From sequence record PZ338878.1: 64,000 nucleotides of DNA; one strand, given 5' to 3'. The position numbers and the translations under genes were made by a program. The notes below the pieces were generated by a model. The model saw nothing but the letters and a program-made list of their open reading frames with translations. It ran no database searches and was not told the origin of the DNA. This DNA comes from a phage. Shown here piece by piece: positions 1-9,178 of this stretch; the first letter of the stretch is position 1; the number at the start of each line of letters is the position of its first letter.

Positions 1-1
1 G

Positions 2-166
2 TTAGATAATTATGGTGTAGATTATCTACTTAAAATTTATGAATATTTAACATTTGAAGACTATGTACAAGATCTTCACGTTAAAGATGCGGATATTAAA
101 CGTGGTCAACAGAGAACAATAAGAGAACTGGATACGGCTATGAAAAAATTAATTCCAGATTCATAA
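2..166 (+). CDS. 3' end of an upstream gene (partial, unknown function)
   Basis: Open frame from the window edge to a TAA at about 164-166; too short for the ORF track; followed by GGAGG RBS of the next gene. Confidence 0.3.
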   Translation, partial: LDNYGVDYLLKIYEYLTFEDYVQDLHVKDADIKRGQQRTIRELDTAMKKLIPDS

Positions 167-185
167 GTAATACGGAGGATTACCC

Positions 186-2165
186 TTGTTAGAAATTAAC
201 ACTTCCAAGATTAAGAATACAGTAACGTTTACTGTAGATAAAGACAGTTTAAAAAATACTAAAGACGCAATTAAAAACCTTAAAACTTTTACAGAATCTA
301 TTGAACCATCTTTAAATATGACTAAAATGCGTCGTCAGTTTAAAAGTATGGAAGAGTATGCTAAAAGAATAAGGCAGCAAATGTCAGGTCTTGGCGGCGG
401 TAATCCTCCACCAATCCCACCAGCCGGAGGTTCAAGTGGTGGTGGAAAAGGAGGAAGTGGTAGAGGTGGTTCTGGATCTTCTGGAGGACGTAAGACACCA
501 GAGGAAAGAGCCGCAGAAGCCGCCGCTAAACGTGCAGCACTTGCTAATATGAAGCAAGACGATTTTAGTTTTAAAGCTATGCCTTTTACAAAAGCAGACA
601 GCAGAATTCTAGAAAAATCTAAAAAGATTGTAGAAGAAACTGTTGAACTTTATCGTAAAGGTGTAATCACTAGCCAACAAATGAATAATACTTTGGCTAG
701 ACAGTTAGAAGAACTACGAAGATCTCATAGAGAGAAGAATGCACAACTTCTTGATGAAGAGAGAGCTAGACGTAGAATTGCCCGTCTGCAAGAAGCAGAA
801 GATAAAAGAAGACAGCGTATCCGAGAAAGAGAAAGAAAGGATTTCGAACGTCAGCAAAGAAGAGAGAAAGAAGCAAGACAACGAGATAGACAACGTAAGC
901 TATCTGGTGTAGGTAATGCTGCTATTGCTCTTAACCCTGCTATGTTTGGTGCTGCTCTTTTAGGTGCTGGTTTATATCAAGGTATAAGCAAAATAGCTGA
1001 AAATATTACAGCGGCGGCAGAACGTATTAATATGGTTAGTAAAGGTGGTCAGAACGTACAGGTAAACCCTAACGCAATTTTAACAATGCGTACTTGGGGT
1101 GAAATGAACGGTGTAGACTCTGCCAGCATTATTAAAGCCATTGACAATATTAAAGACGTTCGTGAACGTTTAGGTAATACTGTACTCCACTCTGAATTTG
1201 ATGAAAAATCAGGTAAATGGAAAGGTGGAGATAGTGGTATTAATGAAATCATGAACCAATTTGGTTGGTCGAAAGAAGATGTTGCTAAATTCCAGAACAG
1301 ACCTCTAGACTTTGTTCAAGCACTTGTTAATGAAGGTCAAAAAAGAGGAATGAACTCCGCGCAAATTGGTCGTTTGATGGAAAACCTTGGTGATGACTTA
1401 ATGCACTACCAACGTATGTTTTTGGATAACGGTAAAGAGTACATGAAAGTCTTGGATATGTTAAAAAATTCAGGAGCAACTCTTAACGATGAAAACATCA
1501 AAGCAGCACAAGATTTTGTTAAACTAAGAGCACAAATTAGTGCAGCAGGAGAAGGTTTTACCAATAACTTACTTGTAGGGTTTATGGATGGTTTAAAATC
1601 TGCACCAGATTTTGCAGAAAATATGAAAACTTTCCAAGAAGCTGCTCGTGGTCTTGGTGAAATGTCTGGTAGTATTGTAAGTAGCCTTGCAAAAATTGCG
1701 AAATATTTCCTTGATTTTTCAAATAAGGTTGGGCCAAAAAACAATACTAAAGAAGCTGTAAGAGATTATTATAATGGTACGCAGTATGGGTACGATGCAC
1801 AGGTTGGTGGTAATCCTTGGGCTTATTGGCCTATTGGAAGAGATCAACATAAACCTGAAAATCAACCTTTAGGTGACTTTGATAGTAGTTTCTTAACTAG
1901 CGCCTTAAACCCAAGTGCTTCTAGTATTGGTTACAATAGACCTGATTTAACAGCATCTATGCTAACACCACGCCAAGGTGTTCCAGTACCGTTAAGTCTA
2001 GAGAATACGGTTGTTATCCCAGACAACGCATTCCAGATTAATGTTATTCCAGATGGTTATGGTTTTAGTAATTATCTAGATGCGACAATGAATACCAGTT
2101 TTAGTAACTTCTCACAAGGTTTAACTCTTCAGTTAAGCAGTGGACAATCTTCTACTGGTGGTTAA
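186..2165 (+). CDS. putative tail tape measure protein
   Basis: 659 aa; Gly-rich N-terminal segment, long charged coiled-coil (RRRIARLQEAEDKRRQRIRERERK...); sits immediately upstream of baseplate genes; TTG start with GGAGG RBS. Confidence 0.45.
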   Translation: MLEINTSKIKNTVTFTVDKDSLKNTKDAIKNLKTFTESIEPSLNMTKMRRQFKSMEEYAKRIRQQMSGLGGGNPPPIPPAGGSSGGGKGGSGRGGSGSSGGRKTPEERAAEAAAKRAALANMKQDDFSFKAMPFTKADSRILEKSKKIVEETVELYRKGVITSQQMNNTLARQLEELRRSHREKNAQLLDEERARRRIARLQEAEDKRRQRIRERERKDFERQQRREKEARQRDRQRKLSGVGNAAIALNPAMFGAALLGAGLYQGISKIAENITAAAERINMVSKGGQNVQVNPNAILTMRTWGEMNGVDSASIIKAIDNIKDVRERLGNTVLHSEFDEKSGKWKGGDSGINEIMNQFGWSKEDVAKFQNRPLDFVQALVNEGQKRGMNSAQIGRLMENLGDDLMHYQRMFLDNGKEYMKVLDMLKNSGATLNDENIKAAQDFVKLRAQISAAGEGFTNNLLVGFMDGLKSAPDFAENMKTFQEAARGLGEMSGSIVSSLAKIAKYFLDFSNKVGPKNNTKEAVRDYYNGTQYGYDAQVGGNPWAYWPIGRDQHKPENQPLGDFDSSFLTSALNPSASSIGYNRPDLTASMLTPRQGVPVPLSLENTVVIPDNAFQINVIPDGYGFSNYLDATMNTSFSNFSQGLTLQLSSGQSSTGG

Positions 2166-2172
2166 TGCATAA

Positions 2173-2198
2173 AGCCTCGCTTCGGCGGGGCTTTTTAT
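2173..2198 (+). terminator. rho-independent terminator-like hairpin
   Basis: AGCCTCGC-TTCG-GCGGGGCT stem-loop followed by TTTTTATTT, directly after the 186-2165 stop. Confidence 0.6.
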
Positions 2199-2203
2199 TT
2201 GTC

Positions 2204-2233
2204 TTGACAAAGAGTTGTTTTTCGTGATAAAAT
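2204..2233 (+). promoter_or_regulatory. sigma70-like promoter candidate
   Basis: TTGACA at 2204-2209, about 18 nt spacer, TAAAAT at about 2228-2233, upstream of the AAGAGG RBS of the 2281 gene. Confidence 0.3.
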
Positions 2234-2280
2234 GAGTGATAAGGGAGAATGTTTCTTATCACATTAAGAGGTAAAATTAT

Positions 2281-2991
2281 ATGGCAGCAAACACTCCAGA
2301 ACAACACGTTCAAGCGGTTTATAAAGCGGAACAAGATATAAATTCTACAAAAAACACAAATAACTCTGCCTCTACTGTGAAAGGGGAGAATGGTTTTTGT
2401 ATTTTAGCAAGTGTTTACAATAGTGCAAGTGATCAATATATTCAAAACTACCAGGCTATAGTTTTTGATGCTGTGCCAAATATCGGTGTAAAACGCCAAG
2501 CAGATGTTACTAGCTATCCTGTAGAAAATGGTGCTAATGTATCGGATCACGTTCAAGTTAAAAATAATACTTTCTCTTTATCAGGAATGATTACAGAGAC
2601 ACCTGTAAGATTGATGCGAGATATGCTATATAGTGCTGGTGTTAACGGTACTCGTATCAGTCAAGCAATTACTTACTTAGATAAAATATTTGATGAAAGA
2701 CAGCCTATCATTTTAATAACAGAACATAAGGTGTATGAGAATGTTATTTTGAAAGGCATATCATATGAATATCAAACAGAATATGCAATGCAATTTGACT
2801 TGGAATTTGAACAAGTAAGATTAGTTTCCTACGGGGAAACAAATGCTATTGCACTTAAGACAAAACCAAATAAGAATACAGGTGTTAAAAACAAGAAAGG
2901 TACTAGTCCAGATGCTGATTTGGATGCAAGAACAGGGAAAGCAACTGGTACAGAACATCTTAGTGATCACAGTGCAGATGGTAAAAAATAA
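2281..2991 (+). CDS. tail/baseplate-associated structural protein (function unknown)
   Basis: 236 aa ORF between tape measure and baseplate hub; no motif recognised. Confidence 0.4.
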   Translation: MAANTPEQHVQAVYKAEQDINSTKNTNNSASTVKGENGFCILASVYNSASDQYIQNYQAIVFDAVPNIGVKRQADVTSYPVENGANVSDHVQVKNNTFSLSGMITETPVRLMRDMLYSAGVNGTRISQAITYLDKIFDERQPIILITEHKVYENVILKGISYEYQTEYAMQFDLEFEQVRLVSYGETNAIALKTKPNKNTGVKNKKGTSPDADLDARTGKATGTEHLSDHSADGKK

Positions 2992-3002
2992 GGAGAAAAT
3001 TT

Positions 3003-3422
3003 TTGGCTATTTCATCTTATTCAAAGATCAGTAGAAGCACATCTAATAGTGGCTACAATGCAGTATTTATTGATCGAAATTTAGGTTATTATTCTTGGTA
3101 CTTACCTACAGAACAGTACCCAGACCAAACATATACGGTAACTCTCGATGGAGTAGATTATGATATACGTTTGAGATGGAATACAAGAGATCAAGCGTGG
3201 CAAATGCAATTAGGATTATCAGGAGACAACCCTAGTGTAACTTTTAAAGTAACCAATGGTTTAGATCTTCTAGAACCATATAAGTATATAGAATCTGTGC
3301 CGGATGGTCAACTCTATTTGGTAGATACTGTTAAAATAAACGGTAGACCTAATTACTATGACACAGGTGTAGATAAAAGATTTGCTTTGGTTTATATCGA
3401 CGCTCTTCCATATCAAGCATGA
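3003..3422 (+). CDS. hypothetical structural protein
   Basis: 139 aa; TTG start 7 nt after AAGGAG; position in tail module. Confidence 0.4.
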   Translation: MAISSYSKISRSTSNSGYNAVFIDRNLGYYSWYLPTEQYPDQTYTVTLDGVDYDIRLRWNTRDQAWQMQLGLSGDNPSVTFKVTNGLDLLEPYKYIESVPDGQLYLVDTVKINGRPNYYDTGVDKRFALVYIDALPYQA

Positions 3423-3438
3423 TAAAAGGAGTTTTTAA

Positions 3439-4449
3439 ATGGCAGAAGAAAGAAATTACACAAAAGCTCCTGCACCCAATCTAAACAGAGCATACAAACT
3501 GTTAATAGGTACAGCTACTAATACTAAAGAAAAAAGGACAAAAAATTCCTCTTTCAAATCTACAGTAGACTTAGATACTAAACTAGGGGATGCTAAAAAA
3601 TCAACCCCTAATTTGTATGTTATTACGGAGCACCAAATATCTTTCACAATAAGAAAAGATAATAATAAAGATCCTAATCAAGCCGAGATAACTATTTATA
3701 ACCTAAGTGATGATACTGTTAATTATATTAACAAAGGTATTCGTAACAACTTGGCTGTTGCTTTGGCAGTAGGTTATGAAGGTCAAGAGTTAATTATGAT
3801 CTTTAAGGGAACGGTGCAGTGGGTGAGTGATACCTTTAACAATACAGACAGACGTACAGTGTTACATTGTCTGGATGGTGGTATTAACATCTCCGAAGCA
3901 AGGACAAGCAGAAGTTATCCGAAAGGTACAAAAGTAAGTAAGGTTGTTAAAGATTTAGTTAAAGATTTAGGTACTACAGAAGGTAATATTCACGTAGATA
4001 CAGAGAAAACTTTATCATCTGCAACAGCTATGTGTGGGAACACATCACATTACTTAGAAAGTATCTGTAAAGGTATTGATCATAACGTGTCAATACAAGA
4101 CGGATCTGTTTACGTGACACCAAGATCACAAATGTCTAGTGCAAGATGCGCATATATTAGTGCAGAAACAGGTTTAATTGGTAGTCCAGAACCTTTCCAC
4201 AACGATATTAAACCGACACAAAAAGTAACTAAATCTTCTAAGAAAGCTAAAAAGCCTACAGATGGTGTTAAGTTCAGATGTGAAATGAACGGTGCTATCT
4301 TACCAGAAAAAACTGTTTGGCTCAAGAGCCATAACTATGATGGTGGTTTTAAGGTGGTGTCTGTTGTTCATACAGGCGATAGGGAAGGTAAAGACTGGAC
4401 AACTGAAGTAGAGTCTGTATCTGTATCTGCAATTATTAAGAAGGGCTAG
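3439..4449 (+). CDS. putative baseplate hub protein (P2 gpD / Mu gp44-like by position)
   Basis: 336 aa ORF immediately upstream of the spike gene; assignment by gene order only. Confidence 0.35.
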   Translation: MAEERNYTKAPAPNLNRAYKLLIGTATNTKEKRTKNSSFKSTVDLDTKLGDAKKSTPNLYVITEHQISFTIRKDNNKDPNQAEITIYNLSDDTVNYINKGIRNNLAVALAVGYEGQELIMIFKGTVQWVSDTFNNTDRRTVLHCLDGGINISEARTSRSYPKGTKVSKVVKDLVKDLGTTEGNIHVDTEKTLSSATAMCGNTSHYLESICKGIDHNVSIQDGSVYVTPRSQMSSARCAYISAETGLIGSPEPFHNDIKPTQKVTKSSKKAKKPTDGVKFRCEMNGAILPEKTVWLKSHNYDGGFKVVSVVHTGDREGKDWTTEVESVSVSAIIKKG

Positions 4450-4451
4450 AA

Positions 4452-5189
4452 ATGGATGCTTTAAATTTTGTAACAGCAATCCGTGGATTAATCAACGAAC
4501 AAGTTGCGGAAGTACATACATCTTTACCTGTAAGGGTAATTGGTGTAGATTATGGATCTAAGACAGTAACTTTAGAATCTATTGTAAAAAACACCAGATC
4601 TACTGAAGATGAAATAGATTACCCAACATTCCACGATGTTCCTTTTATGGTAAATGGTGGTGGTACAGGTAGAATTTCATTTCCAATTAAAGCAGGAGAT
4701 ATTGGTGTTGTTGTCTTTTCGGAAAGAGATCCGTCGAATGCTTTCCAGACAGATGGAGATACAGCCAGCAGCGGAACATTAATTCAACCTTGTGGTTTAT
4801 ATCCAGCCTGTTTTATTCCTAAGATAGCAACAGCTACAGATTCTTCAGAAGAAGTAGATTCTGAAAAAGTTGTTATCTCAAATAATAAGCAAACTTACGC
4901 TTCGTTTGATCCTAACGGTAATATATCTGTGTACAACACACAAGGTATGAAAATAGATATGACACCAAACAGTATCGTTCTTACTGATGCAGGAGGAGGA
5001 AAACTTACACTGCAAGGCGGGACTATGACATATAAAGGTGGTACTGTAAATTTAAACGGTTTAACAATCACACCTGACGGTCGTATGAAAGATAGTGGTG
5101 GCATTGGTTTACACACACATACACACCCTGTACGCGGTGTTGAAACTGGTGGTAGCACTGTTACTTCCGACAAACCAAATGGAGGTTAA
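4452..5189 (+). CDS. baseplate central spike protein (gpV-like)
   Basis: 245 aa; N-terminal OB-like region, Gly-rich beta-strand repeats, C-terminal GLHTHTHPVRG His-rich apex typical of gpV/gp138-type spikes; precedes gp25-like gene. Confidence 0.55.
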   Translation: MDALNFVTAIRGLINEQVAEVHTSLPVRVIGVDYGSKTVTLESIVKNTRSTEDEIDYPTFHDVPFMVNGGGTGRISFPIKAGDIGVVVFSERDPSNAFQTDGDTASSGTLIQPCGLYPACFIPKIATATDSSEEVDSEKVVISNNKQTYASFDPNGNISVYNTQGMKIDMTPNSIVLTDAGGGKLTLQGGTMTYKGGTVNLNGLTITPDGRMKDSGGIGLHTHTHPVRGVETGGSTVTSDKPNGG

Positions 5190-5192
5190 CAG

Positions 5193-5828
5193 ATGGGAAT
5201 ACCATTTGATTTAAAACTTGATGGTTCTAACGATTTAGTAATGGTGGATGGTGATTTAACACTAACCACAACTAAAAGTGAAATTGCAGCACAGACGCTT
5301 GGAATAACACTTAGAACTTTCCGTGGAGAATGGTTCCTCAATTCTAATTTTGGGGTTCCATATCTGCAAGAGATTATTGGTGTTGCCAAGAAGAAAGAGA
5401 TTGTTGATCGCATTTTCTTATCAACTATCGCAAGTAATGTTTATATAGATAATATCAATTCCTATACATCCTCTTATGATAGAGATGATAGGTATTACTC
5501 AATGAACGTTACTGTTACAGTTGGTGAACAAGTTGTTAGTGCTCTATTCAGTACACAGCCGTCTGAAGAATATATCTATCCAGAAGCTGGTGATGATAAT
5601 GCAGCAATCACTTGTGAAGCATTTGAAATTGTTGAATCTGCAAATAGACTCTATCGCTTTATTAACATTGTTGGTCTTCCTAAAGATACTTATTCTACTT
5701 GGTGGAATGAGTGGTCTAACGAGGCATTGCTTGAAAAATACCTTGTTAACGAAGCCAATAAAGGTCTTGCAACCAATTACAATTATGCTATAACAGCAAC
5801 AATGGGAGCTACAAATAATAATGGCTGA
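5193..5828 (+). CDS. baseplate wedge protein (gp25/GPW-like)
   Basis: N-terminal region (MGIPFDLKLDGSNDLVMVDGDLTLTTT..., GEWFLNSNFGVPYLQEIIG) resembles GPW/gp25 family; gene order. Confidence 0.55.
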   Translation: MGIPFDLKLDGSNDLVMVDGDLTLTTTKSEIAAQTLGITLRTFRGEWFLNSNFGVPYLQEIIGVAKKKEIVDRIFLSTIASNVYIDNINSYTSSYDRDDRYYSMNVTVTVGEQVVSALFSTQPSEEYIYPEAGDDNAAITCEAFEIVESANRLYRFINIVGLPKDTYSTWWNEWSNEALLEKYLVNEANKGLATNYNYAITATMGATNNNG

Positions 5829-6294
5829 TTTAACTACAATCAAGGTGTCTGATCTACCTGTAACAACATCTGTTTCAGACACAGATTATTTTGTAACAGA
5901 TCAATCAGGCATCACTAAGAAAACATCATTACGTGTTCTTCTTGCGGGTGCTGGTGTTACACGAAATCGTCTTTCTGCAAGGGGTACTGTTACAAATACC
6001 CTAGCTTTAGATATTAGCACGGCAGAGTATTTCTCTGCCACTTTATCTAGTCCAACTTGCAGTATTTCATTTAGTAATGTTCCAGTTACAACTAACATTG
6101 TTCAAAACTTTACTCTATCCCTACGTCAAGGCAGTGGAGCAAATAAAGTAACGTGGCCTCAATCTGTTAAATGGAGTTTTGGTCGCGCTCCTGTTTTGAG
6201 TTATAAACAGGGAGCTACAGATATTTTTGAATTTGTTAGTTATGATAATGGAGCTACCTGGATAGGTAGTTTAGTGATGGCAGGAGTGATTTAA
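5821..6294 (+). CDS. fibre-like structural protein
   Basis: N-terminus (SDLPVTTSVSDTDYFVTDQSGITKKTSL) shares the motif seen at the N-terminus of the 11347 tailspike (TNLPETSKVNGSDYLVLDQPDKTVKSTVSNFL). Confidence 0.45.
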   Translation: MADLTTIKVSDLPVTTSVSDTDYFVTDQSGITKKTSLRVLLAGAGVTRNRLSARGTVTNTLALDISTAEYFSATLSSPTCSISFSNVPVTTNIVQNFTLSLRQGSGANKVTWPQSVKWSFGRAPVLSYKQGATDIFEFVSYDNGATWIGSLVMAGVI

Positions 6295-9170
6295 TGTCAA
6301 GAATTAAGCACAGAATTGACAATGTTTTTCAACTGATCGATGGACATATTCAGTTCTTAGATCGTAATACAGGTTTAACTGTAGATCCTACAGTGCAACA
6401 CTATGTATTAAACCCACAAAACGTTCTAGCTAATAACAGACACTTTATAAACTGGACTGCTCAAGAAGGGCAACCAAACGGGGATGCTACAACAGAAGGT
6501 CAATCCGTGCTTGTTCTTGGTTGCGCTTATGCATACCTAGCTTCCGGCGATACAAAGTATTTAGACTCTGCTAAAAAATATTGGCAAGCCTATATAGATT
6601 ACTTCTTTGGTGGTCAACCTATCCCAGATCCGCCAGCAAAATATCGCCCTAACTGGATTATTAACGGTAAAGAACCACGTCTTGCACACTATCCTCTTAC
6701 AGATGATGGCTACCCTACACACGGAGGTTTTAAGGGTAGCTTAATGACGTGGACTAACGGTAGAACAGTTATTCCTCATGGTGCTCCACATTGGGGAGAA
6801 TACCTTGATAAAGCATGGTTTGCTTTTAATGGTAATCTAGGATGGAACTCTGTAAACGCTACAGTATATGCTGTTAATGCAGATGGAACAACAGATTGGT
6901 CTAAGAATGGAGATCAGTGGGACGTTGATTGGATCATTGATCGTCTAGGACGTAAAGTTGATTGGGATGGAAATATCTTAGAAGAAGGTTTTCCAACATC
7001 TCAATACGGAACAGTTCAACTAAAAAATACTTCTGTCAACGGTACATATAAATTTAACTACGCGACTTGTAACCCTGTTGAACACGGCGGTTATTTAATG
7101 GAGCGTAACACTATGTGGCATAACAGACCAGTTAACGTTCCGGTAGAAATGGGCTTTCAGGATAATGCGTCAGATGCCGAAACTTGGTGGTGTGATGCTA
7201 ATTACCTGATGTACCAAATTACAGGAGAAAGAAAATATTGGCTATGCTGGCAGTCTTCACTGTTAGTGTGTCAAGATTACTCAAACATTGATATGTTTGA
7301 TAAATTCTTCCGTAAATCTACATATGCAACTATTCCGTTTACAGATGGCATCTCTTACGATTATTCGTATCCATCTACAGCAATACCTAAATATTCAAGA
7401 GATACTTTAGGTTATATTGTTATTAGACAAGATGTTGCTGCTCAAACAACATTAGAACAGCAAGCCATTTGGTTTAAAGTTGATCAGAACTCTAAGTTAC
7501 GAGTTCAGTTCCAAGGTGTAGATGACGTAGGACATGGTATCCTTTTCCGTCCAGAATTGGAGCTAAGTAAGACCAAAGATGAAAATAACACAGTAACTTA
7601 CCGTTGTGGTTTACCACTAGGTACAGCTAATATGACAAGCATGGATATTCCATTATCCAGCTTTATGAGAAGTACCCCTCCGAATGGTGGAACATATATT
7701 ATCGCAGACCCGCGAATTATTGTTGACTGGGGTGACAATACTGTGGTACAATATAAGTATGTAACAGGTATTGCTGGAACTAATAATGACCAGATTGTTA
7801 CTGCATCAATGGATACGGATGGTGGTATCACTGTTGGTTTTTGGTTAACTCCTACATCAAAAGCTAATGTTAAGTCTATCACATATAGAACATATGAAGA
7901 TGACTTTAACATGACTATCACGGATGCTCAAGGTTGGAGATGGTGGGCTATGCTGCCTAAAACGCAAGGGGCATGGAGTACGAAGACTTTATCAGCCTCT
8001 GCTTTTAAGTTAAGTGCTTATCAGCCTAATCATCCAGAAACAGATCCTAAACCTTCAGCAATAAATCTTACTGCGGTAGATCAGGTAAATTTAGTTCTGG
8101 ATACGGCTCCTGTCAATGGTTTAACAGGAACAATAGATTTCTATTGTATTAACGATGTACCTGAAAGATATTCATCATCTTCTGGTGATGATTATACCAT
8201 GTACTTCCGTATCACTGTACAGGCTTCAAGTTCTCATACTGCTAAGTTAGGTGATTGTACTATTATTGACTATAAGTTAAATAGTCTTAATTACACACCA
8301 GGAATAATTCCATTCTCTAATATCAGTGACCCAAACACTGCATTATACGATGGATGGCGTGGTATTCCATACCCAGGATACCAGTATCCTTCCTTATACT
8401 GTTTCGCAGGTAGGGATATTGATTGGACACGTTTAAACAACAGTATTGATTTCTTGTATGATGCTCAAATGTGGTTTTATAACACGTTTGATCCTGTGAT
8501 GCCTGGGCCTATGGCACAAGCATATGTGTGGGATCGTTGGGATGCAAGAAAATACGGTGAACCGAATACGTTCACAATGAAACACTGGAATGAAAAAGCG
8601 TGGGATGGTTATGAAGCTCGTGCATTCTACTGTGCTTGTCATGCTGTATACGAACTTGTACAAAGAGGAGAAACACCTCCTGAAAAACTGGTAACAGTTT
8701 GTAAAAATTGGATCAACTACCTTAAATGGTTCCAAGACAATAATGATGGAAGAACACCAACTATCTTTAACCCAGATGGTACAGTTCTTGCACCTATAGA
8801 TGACTTTACTAGTCATATGTCTGCACTGTTTATGGCTGGTTGTTCAATCATGGGTTTGGCAGGTTATGATTCACAAATTCCAAACATTGGTATTGTAGCA
8901 GACAGATGTTTTGATCTGATTCAGCAAAACTATATTGTGCTTTCCCCTAACCATCCGATGAATGGTTGTTGGAGTGTTGCACCGCGTCCAGATTCAGATA
9001 ACGGAATGTTCTTTGGTTTCCATGCTGGAGAACTACTACGTGGTTTTGGTTTATATGCTTTATATCGTAAACTAAATCCTCAAAACGCCTTACCAATTTT
9101 GGACAATAGTAACATACCGACACTAACTGTTCTAACTATGAATGATATTAGTGTTGATGTAACCAAATAA
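6294..9170 (+). CDS. large virion structural protein, possibly enzymatic
   Basis: 958 aa ORF in the baseplate/fibre region; TAATG coupling to upstream gene; Trp/Tyr-rich carbohydrate-binding-like composition. Confidence 0.45.
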   Translation: MSRIKHRIDNVFQLIDGHIQFLDRNTGLTVDPTVQHYVLNPQNVLANNRHFINWTAQEGQPNGDATTEGQSVLVLGCAYAYLASGDTKYLDSAKKYWQAYIDYFFGGQPIPDPPAKYRPNWIINGKEPRLAHYPLTDDGYPTHGGFKGSLMTWTNGRTVIPHGAPHWGEYLDKAWFAFNGNLGWNSVNATVYAVNADGTTDWSKNGDQWDVDWIIDRLGRKVDWDGNILEEGFPTSQYGTVQLKNTSVNGTYKFNYATCNPVEHGGYLMERNTMWHNRPVNVPVEMGFQDNASDAETWWCDANYLMYQITGERKYWLCWQSSLLVCQDYSNIDMFDKFFRKSTYATIPFTDGISYDYSYPSTAIPKYSRDTLGYIVIRQDVAAQTTLEQQAIWFKVDQNSKLRVQFQGVDDVGHGILFRPELELSKTKDENNTVTYRCGLPLGTANMTSMDIPLSSFMRSTPPNGGTYIIADPRIIVDWGDNTVVQYKYVTGIAGTNNDQIVTASMDTDGGITVGFWLTPTSKANVKSITYRTYEDDFNMTITDAQGWRWWAMLPKTQGAWSTKTLSASAFKLSAYQPNHPETDPKPSAINLTAVDQVNLVLDTAPVNGLTGTIDFYCINDVPERYSSSSGDDYTMYFRITVQASSSHTAKLGDCTIIDYKLNSLNYTPGIIPFSNISDPNTALYDGWRGIPYPGYQYPSLYCFAGRDIDWTRLNNSIDFLYDAQMWFYNTFDPVMPGPMAQAYVWDRWDARKYGEPNTFTMKHWNEKAWDGYEARAFYCACHAVYELVQRGETPPEKLVTVCKNWINYLKWFQDNNDGRTPTIFNPDGTVLAPIDDFTSHMSALFMAGCSIMGLAGYDSQIPNIGIVADRCFDLIQQNYIVLSPNHPMNGCWSVAPRPDSDNGMFFGFHAGELLRGFGLYALYRKLNPQNALPILDNSNIPTLTVLTMNDISVDVTK

Positions 9171-9178
9171 GGAAAATA

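Noticed and set aside
1049-1744. Minus-strand ORFs 1049-1252 and 1406-1744 inside the tape-measure gene
   Set aside because: Embedded antisense to a long, well-supported coding frame; no RBS support
186-2165. Alternative call of the 659-aa protein as an internal virion or scaffold protein rather than tape measure
   Set aside because: Not fully rejected; tape measure preferred because of position immediately upstream of baseplate genes and coiled-coil content, but length is short for a contractile-tail tape measure, hence moderate confidence
7598-8816. Minus-strand ORFs 7598-7921 and 8433-8816
   Set aside because: Antisense within the 958-aa structural gene; likely spurious
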